DNA of 31,677 bases from a virus (Duplodnaviria; Caudoviricetes). Location: positions 1-31,677 of IMG/VR virus record IMGVR_UViG_3300032320_000694, one strand, 5' to 3'. The notes under the pieces were generated by a model that made no database searches, was not told the DNA's origin, and was given only the letters and a program-made list of their open reading frames with translations. Position numbers and translations under genes: made by a program. Shown one piece after another: positions 1-8,406 of the stretch. The stretch's first letter is position 1, and the number at the start of each line of letters is the position of its first letter.

Positions 1-35
1 CCTGCGGACTGTGCGGATACAAAATTAGTTGGCAT
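1..35 (-). CDS. Start of next tail-region gene (partial, MPTNFVSAQSA...)
   Basis: ATG at 35, 1 nt after the stop of 37..585; frame open to the window edge. Confidence 0.5.
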   Translation of the reverse strand, partial: MPTNFVSAQSA

Positions 36-36
36 A

Positions 37-585
37 TTAACTCATCATAGAAATTGCTAAAGCCACACGAGAAGCAGGTGTAGCGGAATTGGATGGTCCA
101 AATGGTATATTAACATCATTTCCAGTGTACGTAAAGTTGCTTGCACCAGCTAAAGCCCCTGCATTATTATACTGCACTTCAGTCGTTAAGCCAGCAGCGC
201 CTGCTGTTACCGGTTGCCAAGAAGGAGCTACACCTGTACCGTTTGATACTAAAGCCTGTCCAGACGTTCCGGGGTTATTAGAGGCGTAAACTGCAACTTC
301 AGCAGGGTAGTCAATATACGCTATTACAGGACCGGAAAAGGTCACGGCAGACCCCGAATTAGATGAGGATAAGATAGTTGTACGGGTTAGGGTTGGTCCT
401 GTGGTTGAGTATGTCCCTATGCCAACTTCCCAGTTTACACCGTCTGTAGCACCGTAATAAGTCGTATTTGTATTACCAACAACAGCAAAAGTCTGATAGC
501 CTGTAACCGCTCCAGACAAAGTGAAGCTAACCGTAGTGTTTGCGGTTGCGTTTTCCTGTACTCTATTTGCTAGGTTAAATGCCAT
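37..585 (-). CDS. Putative tail/tail-fibre-associated virion protein; paralog of 1122..1616
   Basis: 182 aa, T/G/S-rich; N-terminus (LANRVQE..TANTTVSFTLSG..TGYQ..WEVGIGTY..TLTRTT) is a typical phage tail-protein pattern; tightly packed in the late operon. Confidence 0.75.
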   Translation of the reverse strand: MAFNLANRVQENATANTTVSFTLSGAVTGYQTFAVVGNTNTTYYGATDGVNWEVGIGTYSTTGPTLTRTTILSSSNSGSAVTFSGPVIAYIDYPAEVAVYASNNPGTSGQALVSNGTGVAPSWQPVTAGAAGLTTEVQYNNAGALAGASNFTYTGNDVNIPFGPSNSATPASRVALAISMMS

Positions 586-586
586 A

Positions 587-1120
587 TTATTGTCTATTAT
601 CTATTAATACCCAGTCGTTGGGTTCACTATCATCAATTCTAATCCAAGCCCAGCCTATTGGCAATTCTGCAAGATTAATATTTTCTATCCCTGTTGCAAA
701 CTGCGTTCTTAATGTAGTTGAATTATCCGCCATATTTATATTTTCAATAACATCTTTAACAAAAGTAGCTAAAATCGTAGATACATCTTCTACACCAAAA
801 TTTTCAGCAACGTCTACAACAATTACAATAATGCCATCTTGCGTATTATCCACCGATAAAGGTTCGGTAATTACCGAAATAAACGCCGCTACTACAGACT
901 CCAATTCAGCCAACTGTATGTTTTCGTTTATTGCAGAAAACTGTGTAAGTAATGCAGTTGATGCGTCTGCTGCGGTTAAAGCCTCGGTTATTGCTGATAC
1001 AAATGCCGCCGTTAAAGCTTGTGAATCCCCTGAAGTAAATGCCTCAGTAAGTGCTACTTCATATTTTATTGAACCTAAAGAAGCGTAAGGTGCTTGTGCA
1101 AAAGCAGCGTACCCAAACAT
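587..1120 (-). CDS. Virion structural protein (MFGxxxFAQAPxASL family)
   Basis: 177 aa acidic protein with internal repeats; 1-nt spacing to both neighbours. Confidence 0.7.
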   Translation of the reverse strand: MFGYAAFAQAPYASLGSIKYEVALTEAFTSGDSQALTAAFVSAITEALTAADASTALLTQFSAINENIQLAELESVVAAFISVITEPLSVDNTQDGIIVIVVDVAENFGVEDVSTILATFVKDVIENINMADNSTTLRTQFATGIENINLAELPIGWAWIRIDDSEPNDWVLIDNRQ

Positions 1121-1121
1121 A

Positions 1122-1616
1122 TCAAAGTACTACCCATCTTTGACCTGAACTAACAGTGACTGACTGCCCGCTTGCCACCGTAATTGGACCAACTGAAATT
1201 GCATTACTTCCTGTAGGTACTGTAAAAGATGCAGATACTGTAGCGTTGTTTAATAAAAGACCATTACTAGCGTTAAATGCTGGTGAAAATGCTGTGCCTG
1301 TTGTAGCGTCTTGATTTACACTTCGGCTTGCTGGATACGTGACAAATACGTTTACTGTGCCTGAGAATGTAACCGCCGTATTGGAATTAGACGAAGAATA
1401 GACAGTGGTTCTTGTTAGCGTAGGTCCAGTTGTTGAGTATGTACCAAGACCCGCCTCCCAGTTACCTGAAGCGTCAAACGCACTATAGTACGTTGTATTC
1501 GTATCCCCAATGCCAGCAAGTGACTGAAACCCTGTCACAGAACCGCTTAAAGTAAAGCTTACGGTAGTGTTTGCTGTTCCAGTCTGCTGCGCACGGTCAA
1601 TCAGCACCAGAGGCAT
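1122..1616 (-). CDS. Putative tail/tail-fibre-associated virion protein; paralog of 37..585
   Basis: 164 aa; C-terminal SVGPITVASGQSVTVSSGQRWVVL is typical of phage tail proteins; GGAG RBS at 1623-1626. Confidence 0.75.
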   Translation of the reverse strand: MPLVLIDRAQQTGTANTTVSFTLSGSVTGFQSLAGIGDTNTTYYSAFDASGNWEAGLGTYSTTGPTLTRTTVYSSSNSNTAVTFSGTVNVFVTYPASRSVNQDATTGTAFSPAFNASNGLLLNNATVSASFTVPTGSNAISVGPITVASGQSVTVSSGQRWVVL

Positions 1617-1626
1617 TTAAAACTCC

Positions 1627-2238
1627 TTACGAAGTAGCAGTTGTGCTATATGTAACCGCTAAAGAATCGCCGTTTGCAACTGTTTTTGAACCGCCAGTAA
1701 ATGACCCAGCAGAATACAAAGTACCTGTTGTTGTGTCTTTAGTGGCAGAAGCGCCTGAACCAGAGTTAATGAAACATCCAGCAACCGTACCAGAAGATGT
1801 CATTGCAAATGTCAAAGCCGGAGCAGTCTTAGTTGTTACGTTTGAAGGTGTTGTACCTGAACTAGTAGCAGTTGACCATGTAGGGGCTTGTCTATTACCT
1901 GTGTAAGCTGGAGCATTAGTGCCACCAACTTCAGTCCAAGCTTTAGAAGACATTGTATCTGCCGCTGTGTAAGTAGTAGTACCACCTAAAAGACCTAAGT
2001 AGTTAGCGCCTGAAGCTGTACCGCCGTTAGATGTAGCACCGAAGTAAAAGTTAAATAAGTCTTGCTTACCAACAGCAGTAACGAGGTTAGGGGCAATATC
2101 TTCCCACTTTAAATTACCGTCAGCGCCGTAGCATCTTACTGTGTAATAACCCTGAATCCCTAAAGTCTCGTCTGAACCTGCGCCACGAGTAACGGAGGCA
2201 ACTGAAGTGTCTCCAAAATTTGATTTTTCAATGCTCAT
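1627..2238 (-). CDS. Putative tail structural protein
   Basis: 203 aa T/S/G-rich with motifs DGNLKWED..NLVT.VG and KTV.NGDSL.VTY; GGAG RBS upstream. Confidence 0.7.
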   Translation of the reverse strand: MSIEKSNFGDTSVASVTRGAGSDETLGIQGYYTVRCYGADGNLKWEDIAPNLVTAVGKQDLFNFYFGATSNGGTASGANYLGLLGGTTTYTAADTMSSKAWTEVGGTNAPAYTGNRQAPTWSTATSSGTTPSNVTTKTAPALTFAMTSSGTVAGCFINSGSGASATKDTTTGTLYSAGSFTGGSKTVANGDSLAVTYSTTATS

Positions 2239-2246
2239 AATTGCTC

Positions 2247-2663
2247 CTAAGAAATTGTTAAAACAGCAGTTGTTGATGTAGCCGTTGGAAAAGTTACAGT
2301 AAAAGACCCTGACGCTATTTTGTCAGACCCAAAATCTAATACACATACAGCCGCATTCGTAGTCCCATTATAAATCAAAGCACCCCTAGTGGTAAAGGAT
2401 GCTCCGGACCAAGTGACGTTATTAAACGAAATATAAGCAATATTATTGGTGGTATCACTTGCTGGCGGTATGTTAACTAATACTTCGCCTCCGGCGGTAT
2501 ACCCTGCTCCGGAAACTTCATTGGAAGTAGTATAGGCGGTGGTTGTATTGTTTAGATCCGCTAAAGCCGTGTACAAGGCTATTTTGTACGTACCGCTTGT
2601 AAAGTTCTCCAGACCATTTAGTAGGTTCTGTTTAAATATTGTTGTTTGCCCTTGGGCTATCAT
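2247..2663 (-). CDS. Conserved phage tail-region protein
   Basis: 138 aa with KIALYT, GYTAGG, RGALIYN and VLDFGSDK motifs; ATGA overlap with the upstream gene. Confidence 0.75.
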   Translation of the reverse strand: MIAQGQTTIFKQNLLNGLENFTSGTYKIALYTALADLNNTTTAYTTSNEVSGAGYTAGGEVLVNIPPASDTTNNIAYISFNNVTWSGASFTTRGALIYNGTTNAAVCVLDFGSDKIASGSFTVTFPTATSTTAVLTIS

Positions 2664-3385
2664 GCGACACCGCCTTTAGGTGCAGCGTTTAATTTTAACA
2701 TTCCATCTCTATACGAATCACCCCGTTCAAGAGCATCACATAAGCGTCTTAATTGTACAAAGGCTTCATCGTACTTTGCTTTATATACAGTCAAGGTATC
2801 TGCTTCGGCTTTCATAAACACAGCGGCTTCTAATAAAGCGCCATACAGTAGAATAGGGTCGTAATTATCTCCAAGCCAAGACGTTCCAGCCGTAACTATA
2901 GACTCAGGATAGAAGAAATAGTGCATCTCAACTTGGTAATTAGCGTCAGGCGTAGGTCCTAGAATATAAGACAAAGCGTTGGGGTTGTTGTATTGCGTAC
3001 CGAATAAAGCATAGTATCTAGGTGTTCCAGTAGCTGCCGGATATGGATATGCTTCACGAATAAAGTTAACGTCTTTATTTAAAAGATACGTATATGGCGT
3101 TGAGTAGTCATTCGTATAAACCGCAACGGAATACGCTGACAACCAGTCAGACGGCAAAGACAAATATTGATTCCCAGCGCTTACCGTACCGGTGACATTA
3201 CGTCTTAATGTGGGTATATTAACCGAGTTATAAATCCTCTTCTCGGCTTGCGTAATAAAGGTATTAACTTGAGTACTGCTTACTGTAGTTACAGACGTAA
3301 CACCGTCACTACCGGTAAAGGTAGTACTTGGAAACTCATTTTCTGTATAAGTTTTTACGGTGTTAAATAATTCTGTATAGTTCAA
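2660..3385 (-). CDS. Head-tail adaptor / tail tubular-like protein
   Basis: 241 aa; FITQAEKRI, LP.DWL, G.P.YY, LGPTPDANY and LLYGAL.EA motifs typical of podophage adaptor proteins. Confidence 0.65.
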   Translation of the reverse strand: MNYTELFNTVKTYTENEFPSTTFTGSDGVTSVTTVSSTQVNTFITQAEKRIYNSVNIPTLRRNVTGTVSAGNQYLSLPSDWLSAYSVAVYTNDYSTPYTYLLNKDVNFIREAYPYPAATGTPRYYALFGTQYNNPNALSYILGPTPDANYQVEMHYFFYPESIVTAGTSWLGDNYDPILLYGALLEAAVFMKAEADTLTVYKAKYDEAFVQLRRLCDALERGDSYRDGMLKLNAAPKGGVA

Positions 3386-3666
3386 GCCATCGGTCCTCTA
3401 GCCATAACACCTTTAGTTGCTGCGCCTGTACCACGTATTTTCATGCCGTCTGTTTTAACATAGTCATTTCCCGGATCACCTGCGCTTACACGCATAGCTA
3501 CACTACGTGGTCCAGTTTCCTTAGCGCTTAAAGTATTTGGATCTTTTCTAACTTGAATACTTTTAGAATCCGCAGTTACTTTTCCGCCAGTCATAGTGTG
3601 CGGTTCAGCATAGACTTTGGCTTCGCCAATTTCCTTGCCTTTTACTTTATTAGAAAACTTTGCCAT
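3382..3666 (-). CDS. Small basic virion-associated protein (RGTGAATKG family)
   Basis: 94 aa ending KIRGTGAATKGVMARGPMA; overlaps both neighbours. Confidence 0.7.
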   Translation of the reverse strand: MAKFSNKVKGKEIGEAKVYAEPHTMTGGKVTADSKSIQVRKDPNTLSAKETGPRSVAMRVSAGDPGNDYVKTDGMKIRGTGAATKGVMARGPMA

Positions 3667-3854
3667 TATTTACCCCTTTGTGCGGCAATCTTAGCCATAT
3701 TACGACCCATAGATTTCATGTTAGCATTTGTCTTGCCAACAGTATGTTTCATCGGTCCTTTTCCAACTTTTACAGTTGGTCCAGAATCACCAAGATTTTT
3801 ACCCTTAGTTTTGCCTTTTTTTGTGATGCCATCTGCGCCTGATTTATATCCCAT
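3666..3854 (-). CDS. Small basic K/G-rich protein (ADGxxKKGKTKG motif)
   Basis: 62 aa; GGAG RBS; shares the ADG..(K/R)GKT(K/R)G motif with genes at 5488-6846. Confidence 0.7.
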   Translation of the reverse strand: MGYKSGADGITKKGKTKGKNLGDSGPTVKVGKGPMKHTVGKTNANMKSMGRNMAKIAAQRGK

Positions 3855-3864
3855 TTTAAACTCC

Positions 3865-4287
3865 TTAGTTAACGGTTACACTATTAATTGTACCAATTCC
3901 CACCAAATAATTGGGGGTTAATTCTCTATCAAATCCAGAAGAACCGCCAACTGGCGCAAAACCCCACTGAATTACTCTACTACCACCTCCTGGAAATCCA
4001 TTCTGATCAATATTAGTACTACCACCATTTTCTATTTGTAATCCAGTCAATCCAGAAGCTCTATAACTAATATCAGGTCTTGGTTCACGAACAGCTTGCG
4101 GATCATTCACAGGATAAAGACCTAATCGCAACTGTGGGTGATCCATTTCCCAACACTCATTACATACTTTAATACTAACTTGTTTAGTTTTAATTGTTAA
4201 CTTTTTTAACTGTACAAGTTTAAATCTTTGTCCACAACGGTCACATTCGGCAATACTGTGCTTACCTGATGCATAATTACTAGGCAT
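3865..4287 (-). CDS. Zn-ribbon (CxxC...CxxC) late protein
   Basis: CDRC and CNEC pairs, then HPQL and DPQAVREPRPD. Confidence 0.7.
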   Translation of the reverse strand: MPSNYASGKHSIAECDRCGQRFKLVQLKKLTIKTKQVSIKVCNECWEMDHPQLRLGLYPVNDPQAVREPRPDISYRASGLTGLQIENGGSTNIDQNGFPGGGSRVIQWGFAPVGGSSGFDRELTPNYLVGIGTINSVTVN

Positions 4288-4289
4288 AA

Positions 4290-5243
4290 TTATCTCGAAT
4301 AAGAAAAATTACGTGGTACAAACCTTATCGGTGCTTTTTCTCTATCTTCTTCAGCAGCCAATTTAAATTGCTCTTCATAATCTTGTTTTAAAAACAATAC
4401 TCTAGCCGGATCTGTACCCTGTATCTTTACACTCATATAGTAAGACAAACCAGCAACAGCAACGGGAATCCATCTAAATGGTACGTCTTGAACATTTACC
4501 CCTGTCCCAGCATCTTGAATTCTACGCATGCGCCAGTACACAAGTGTGTAAGGACCACCGCCACCGTCAGGCGTAGGCCAAACATTTAAGCACGGCAAGT
4601 ATTGAATACTAATTGCATCATTTGCAGTATGTGCAGCGGCTACTGTATTATTCTGCGCTCTCCAGCAATTTTGTAATTGGTTGCCAATAATATTTGTGTA
4701 CGCAATAGTCTCATTACCAATTCTAATAAAACCTGTAGATCGTAGATTTAAATTAGCAATGTCCGCATTAGTTGCGGTTTTTAATGTAATTGTTGTGTCC
4801 GTTGCGCTAATGCTTGTTTTTAATAAGTACTCAGATACATCTGAATTACCTGATTGTCTATTAAAATAAAATTGAATAGGTCTTCCTGTTGCAAGCTTAT
4901 TAGGAATAGTGGCGTAAGTAGACTCAGATATACGGCTAAGATTAATATCAACTTGGTTGGAAGTACTTGCATTATTTGTACGAGTTTCAATATCTAAAAT
5001 ATCTATTGTATCCGCTGGTATAGCGTAAATGCCTTGATTGGTAGTTAATTGAATACTTACTTCTTCAACAGTCCAAAGATTAATGCCCCTATTAATCCAT
5101 TCAATAGTCATCAAATTAATACTTCTTCTGGCTGTTTTTAAATCATAGCCCGAACGCATTTCTGAGCCACAACGCTCAAAAGCCTCCTCAACCAGCTCGG
5201 TTAAGTCAAGGTTAAATGCGCTAGTTCCTGATGTGTACGCCAT
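4290..5243 (-). CDS. Head-tail connector/adaptor protein with an inserted beta domain
   Basis: 317 aa; EEAFERCG, TARRSINL..W.NRG.NLW, GRP.Q, WPTPD and VP.RW motifs. Confidence 0.65.
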   Translation of the reverse strand: MAYTSGTSAFNLDLTELVEEAFERCGSEMRSGYDLKTARRSINLMTIEWINRGINLWTVEEVSIQLTTNQGIYAIPADTIDILDIETRTNNASTSNQVDINLSRISESTYATIPNKLATGRPIQFYFNRQSGNSDVSEYLLKTSISATDTTITLKTATNADIANLNLRSTGFIRIGNETIAYTNIIGNQLQNCWRAQNNTVAAAHTANDAISIQYLPCLNVWPTPDGGGGPYTLVYWRMRRIQDAGTGVNVQDVPFRWIPVAVAGLSYYMSVKIQGTDPARVLFLKQDYEEQFKLAAEEDREKAPIRFVPRNFSYSR

Positions 5244-5491
5244 TATTTTTTAGCCGTTTTTGCTGAATTGATGAAATCCTGACGGGAGGGGGCTCCTTTA
5301 GAGCCCGGCTTGCGCATTTTTTCTTTAGACCCAGCAGCAATGCGAGCTTTCTTTCTATGAATGTTTTCATAAAGACCAACCTTTCCACCTTGAGCATACT
5401 CAGCAAAGTCCGTATTATCTTTACGGGCTTTCTTTTTAGCACCGGGCATTTTTGATGGGTTGATATCACCCATACCGCGCGAGGATCTCAC
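5243..5491 (-). CDS. Small basic protein (GLYENIHRKKARI..GS.EKMRKPGSKGAP family)
   Basis: 82 aa; start/stop overlaps with both neighbours. Confidence 0.7.
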   Translation of the reverse strand: MRSSRGMGDINPSKMPGAKKKARKDNTDFAEYAQGGKVGLYENIHRKKARIAAGSKEKMRKPGSKGAPSRQDFINSAKTAKK

Positions 5492-5772
5492 TTTTTACCC
5501 TTTGTCATACCACCGCCACACATAACCATAGTACCTTTGGTTTTGCCACGTTGCGCACATCCATCACCACGAGAAGAAGCTGAAGAAACTTTACCACCTT
5601 TTTTCATTGGCTTTCCTACTTGCGCTGCTTCCATTGCGGCAAGTTGTTTTTTGTAATCTTCGTTATTTTTTTCTAGTGCAGATATTCTTGCATCAGCATC
5701 ACTTTTACTTGTAAGGTTATCTATTGCATTTGTTGCAATACCAAAAAGACCGTGTTTTAAAATGTTATTCAT
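5488..5772 (-). CDS. KKGG-motif basic protein
   Basis: C-terminal MKKGGKVSSASSRGDGCAQRGKTKG; start moved to the ATG at 5772, just after the upstream stop. Confidence 0.7.
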   Translation of the reverse strand: MNNILKHGLFGIATNAIDNLTSKSDADARISALEKNNEDYKKQLAAMEAAQVGKPMKKGGKVSSASSRGDGCAQRGKTKGTMVMCGGGMTKGKK

Positions 5773-5774
5773 GA

Positions 5775-6560
5775 TTAGCAAAACTTTCCACGAGTTTTGC
5801 CTTTAGATGCAATTCCATCGGCAGATTTATGTCCAGATGCTAAACCGCCGCCAGCCATTTTCTTCATTGCCATACCGCCTTTTTTAAGGGTAGCTAAATC
5901 AGTTTTCTTACCGCCATGCATTTGTCTGTCATGCATACCAACCGCTTTTTTTACTATGGCTTTATCTTTTTTAGTGTCATCTTTAGTTATGCCACCCATA
6001 GCCATTTTTTTAACACTACCACCTTTTTTGTACTCACTACCGGGCATCATGTCTGAATTTTTTTCAGCTATACCTGCATCTTGCATTTTTGTTCTTTTTG
6101 CGACAATACCTTCTTTTCTAGCTGCGGCTTGTTCTTTGCCAGATTCACTGCGGTCATATCTATTTACATCTTTTGTATCAGACGGACTTAGTTTTCCTAG
6201 ACGTGTATTAGAAGGCATATTTAAACGTGAACCTACATAAGCTTCACCACCTGATGCCATCTTTTTAACACTTCCGCCTTTTTTCATCATTCCACCCATA
6301 CCACTTGCAGGAGCCATATTGCCCATCATTGGCTCTTCCATTCGTGGTTGTCTTTTTGCGGCCATCATTCTAGCCATTAGTTTTGGATCCATTTTTTTCT
6401 TCGTTGCCATAGTTTCACCACCCTGTTTAAAAGTTTTGCCTTTATCGGCATTGTTAAAATCTTTGCCCACAGATTGTGGGACTCCTACCTTTTTAGCAAA
6501 TGCAGGGTTATGTGCAATTGCCGACATAAAATTGTGTTGCTTTTTACTTGTACTAGGCAC
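5775..6560 (-). CDS. Lys/Met/Gly-rich repeat protein with several KKGG/KKMA.GG units
   Basis: 261 aa; MPSTSKKQHNFM.A.AHNP.FAKKVG N-terminus; ends ADGIASKGKTRG. Confidence 0.75.
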   Translation of the reverse strand: MPSTSKKQHNFMSAIAHNPAFAKKVGVPQSVGKDFNNADKGKTFKQGGETMATKKKMDPKLMARMMAAKRQPRMEEPMMGNMAPASGMGGMMKKGGSVKKMASGGEAYVGSRLNMPSNTRLGKLSPSDTKDVNRYDRSESGKEQAAARKEGIVAKRTKMQDAGIAEKNSDMMPGSEYKKGGSVKKMAMGGITKDDTKKDKAIVKKAVGMHDRQMHGGKKTDLATLKKGGMAMKKMAGGGLASGHKSADGIASKGKTRGKFC

Positions 6561-6846
6561 GAGTCTTTCCTCTTATAGCACAACCATCTGCACGAGCAGA
6601 AGCTGATTTAACTTTTCCGCCTTTTTTATACGGTTTAACACCTTGCATTCTTGCATCTATTAATGCTTTTGTAGCGTCAGATGCGTCTTGCATGTTTTTC
6701 TCTGAACCATAATGTTTTTTAGCAAAGTTCTCGTTCTCTCGTTCTTTAGCTTTTGAAACTTCTACTTCTTTTGGAGATAAATCTTTAACATCGTATGTAC
6801 CTGTTTTGCTATTGTAACTATAGCTTTTTCTTTTTTCATCGCTCAT
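6553..6846 (-). CDS. KKGG-motif basic protein
   Basis: 97 aa ending YKKGGKVKSASARADGCAIRGKTRA. Confidence 0.7.
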   Translation of the reverse strand: MSDEKRKSYSYNSKTGTYDVKDLSPKEVEVSKAKERENENFAKKHYGSEKNMQDASDATKALIDARMQGVKPYKKGGKVKSASARADGCAIRGKTRA

Positions 6847-6847
6847 A

Positions 6848-7093
6848 TTATTTCCAATGACTTATTAACCAAGTTATACCACTACCTACAAGACCTGCAG
6901 CACCGCCTACAGCTAATAACATTCTCCAGCCGCCTTTAGCTTCAGACAAAGTCTTTTGTATTTCAACAATAGCTTTTTTTATTTCTTCCATGTCGCTAAC
7001 AAGTTTATCCATATCGTCTTGAAGATGTTTAATTTCTGATGCATGAGTAGCAAGTTCTCTTGCCGTTACAATTTCTGGGTTAATATCACTCAT
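6848..7093 (-). CDS. Coiled-coil plus C-terminal TM protein, possible holin
   Basis: Heptad helix followed by hydrophobic MLLAVGGAAGLVGSGITWLI; TAATG coupling at 7091-7095 supports the start at 7093. Confidence 0.6.
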   Translation of the reverse strand: MSDINPEIVTARELATHASEIKHLQDDMDKLVSDMEEIKKAIVEIQKTLSEAKGGWRMLLAVGGAAGLVGSGITWLISHWK

Positions 7094-7353
7094 TAACATT
7101 TCCACCTTGCTAAACTTGCTGCCTTACGTGTTGGCTTGCCTTTTTCATCCTTCATTGGTCCGGGCATTCCTGACATTCTAGCGCAAAACGACTTCTTCCT
7201 ACTACCACCTTCAGGCTGTGGAGCCTTTAGGTTTGACCCAGTCGCCGCATTATACTTTGCACGACCCTTAGCAGTAAGTCCAGCCCCTTTAGAAACCGGG
7301 AGTTTTTCGCCTCTTCCAACTGCAAGTGAGGGGGTTTTCTTCTTAGTAGCCAC
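7093..7353 (-). CDS. DUF6321-like basic phage protein
   Basis: GLTAKGRAKYN..TGSNLKAPQ..G.RKKSFCARMSGM..RWKC; GTG start at 7353 just after the upstream stop (the ORF-track N-terminal extension overlaps the upstream gene). Confidence 0.7.
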   Translation of the reverse strand: MATKKKTPSLAVGRGEKLPVSKGAGLTAKGRAKYNAATGSNLKAPQPEGGSRKKSFCARMSGMPGPMKDEKGKPTRKAASLARWKC

Positions 7354-7358
7354 ATTAA

Positions 7359-7655
7359 TTATCCATGAAAAATAGTAATACCGGTTACAGAACCAACACT
7401 TAATGTTAAGTATAATCCAGCGCTTGCTAAAATTCCTTCGCCGGGAATTACTATACAAGTTGTATTTGGTGTGCCAAGGCTCGCTATGTCCATTGTATAA
7501 AGAACAGGACCTGTAGCGCTTGTAGTGCGTATTTCAAAAGTAGCCGCTGTAGATACAGCAGGTGTAACAATTATACCTTTTAGTCTTGTGCGATTATTTG
7601 CATAAAAAGTACCTGCCGCACTAAGATGCGCTGATTTAACATCTGTTTGCATCAT
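7359..7655 (-). CDS. Small beta-rich virion protein
   Basis: 98 aa, MQTDVKS..R.RLKG..IPGEGIL; AGGAG RBS. Confidence 0.7.
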   Translation of the reverse strand: MMQTDVKSAHLSAAGTFYANNRTRLKGIIVTPAVSTAATFEIRTTSATGPVLYTMDIASLGTPNTTCIVIPGEGILASAGLYLTLSVGSVTGITIFHG

Positions 7656-7676
7656 AATTAATCTCCTAAAGTTGAA

Positions 7677-7690
7677 GGGGGCGAACCCCC
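7677..7690 (-). other. GC hairpin with UUCG tetraloop (mRNA stabiliser or weak terminator)
   Basis: Minus strand GGGGG-TTCG-CCCCC, 7 nt after the stop of 7698..8234; no long U tract. Confidence 0.55.
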
Positions 7691-7697
7691 AGATTAA

Positions 7698-8234
7698 TTA
7701 AGCAGTGCGTGAGAATACGTAAGCGGTTGCACTAGAGAACATAATAGTGAATCTAGCTAAACCTGTTACACCGTGAGGCACAGTCAAGAGACCAAAATTG
7801 GCTCCAGAACCAGCAGCTGCTGCGGCAGAAAGAATACCGTTTGTAGCTACAGCGATTGTTACTGTGTTTGCACCAGCAGTATTGTCAACATAAAAATCTA
7901 AAACCGTTCCAGCGGTTGCTCCAACTGCTGCGCCAAGAAGAGTACCAGTAGGCAGTGTGATTGTTGTTGTTGAAGCAGATGTAGAGGTGATATATCCAGT
8001 TAAAATTTCAGCCGCTGTAGCTGTAGCTGTTGCGTTAATTGCAGCGCTTGTTGGGTGTCTATTACTGGTATAAACTAAATTTGTTGCTGTTGCTGTTGTG
8101 GCTGATAAATTTGTTACGCTAGTATCAGGACCGATAGTAGACGTTGTTACTACTGCGCCAGTGGTTGAATTAACAGTAACAGTTTGAAAACCGTTTTGTG
8201 ACCTAATTGGACCGCTAAATGTGCTATTTGCCAT
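7698..8234 (-). CDS. Capsid-associated fibre/decoration-like protein (MA.STFSGP family)
   Basis: T/A-rich; start at ATG 8234 with AGGA RBS; follows the capsid gene. Confidence 0.7.
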   Translation of the reverse strand: MANSTFSGPIRSQNGFQTVTVNSTTGAVVTTSTIGPDTSVTNLSATTATATNLVYTSNRHPTSAAINATATATAAEILTGYITSTSASTTTITLPTGTLLGAAVGATAGTVLDFYVDNTAGANTVTIAVATNGILSAAAAAGSGANFGLLTVPHGVTGLARFTIMFSSATAYVFSRTA

Positions 8235-8249
8235 AATTTTTCCTATATA

Positions 8250-8315
8250 CAAGTAAGCTTATTAATCGGTATATCGTCTGCTGGGGCAGTTTAATAAGCT
8301 AATTTACCCAGATAT
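8250..8315 (-). ncRNA. Structured RNA element downstream of the capsid gene, probably the Mu-gpT-DE motif
   Basis: Perfect 10-bp stem AGCTTATTAA/TTAATAAGCT (8291-8300/8256-8265) enclosing hairpin CTGC-CCCA-GCAG; the loop can pair with 5' CTGGG (8307-8311) as a pseudoknot. Position matches the described Mu-gpT downstream element; the name is recalled, not searched. Confidence 0.6.
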
Positions 8316-8318
8316 CTA

Positions 8319-8346
8319 ATCATACTACATTTTTATGTTTTTTCAA
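8319..8346 (-). promoter_or_regulatory. Putative sigma-70 promoter after the capsid terminator
   Basis: TTGAAA-16 bp-TATGAT on the minus strand, just upstream of the structured element. Confidence 0.5.
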
Positions 8347-8359
8347 ACATTTTTAAAAT

Positions 8360-8384
8360 AAAAAACCCCGCCTTGTGAGCGGGG
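8360..8384 (-). terminator. Rho-independent terminator of the capsid operon
   Basis: CCCCGC/GCGGGG stem, 7-nt loop, then a U run on the minus strand, 22 nt after the capsid stop. Confidence 0.8.
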
Positions 8385-8406
8385 CTAAACCGGAGGAGGG
8401 GTTTAA

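Noticed and set aside
566-574. TTGCTAGG on the plus strand as another sRNA target
   Set aside because: It lies on the non-coding strand of a minus-strand gene, so it is not in the mRNA.
5221-5469. Alternative-frame minus ORF (82 aa)
   Set aside because: Overlaps 5243..5491, which has the recognisable motif and junction coupling.
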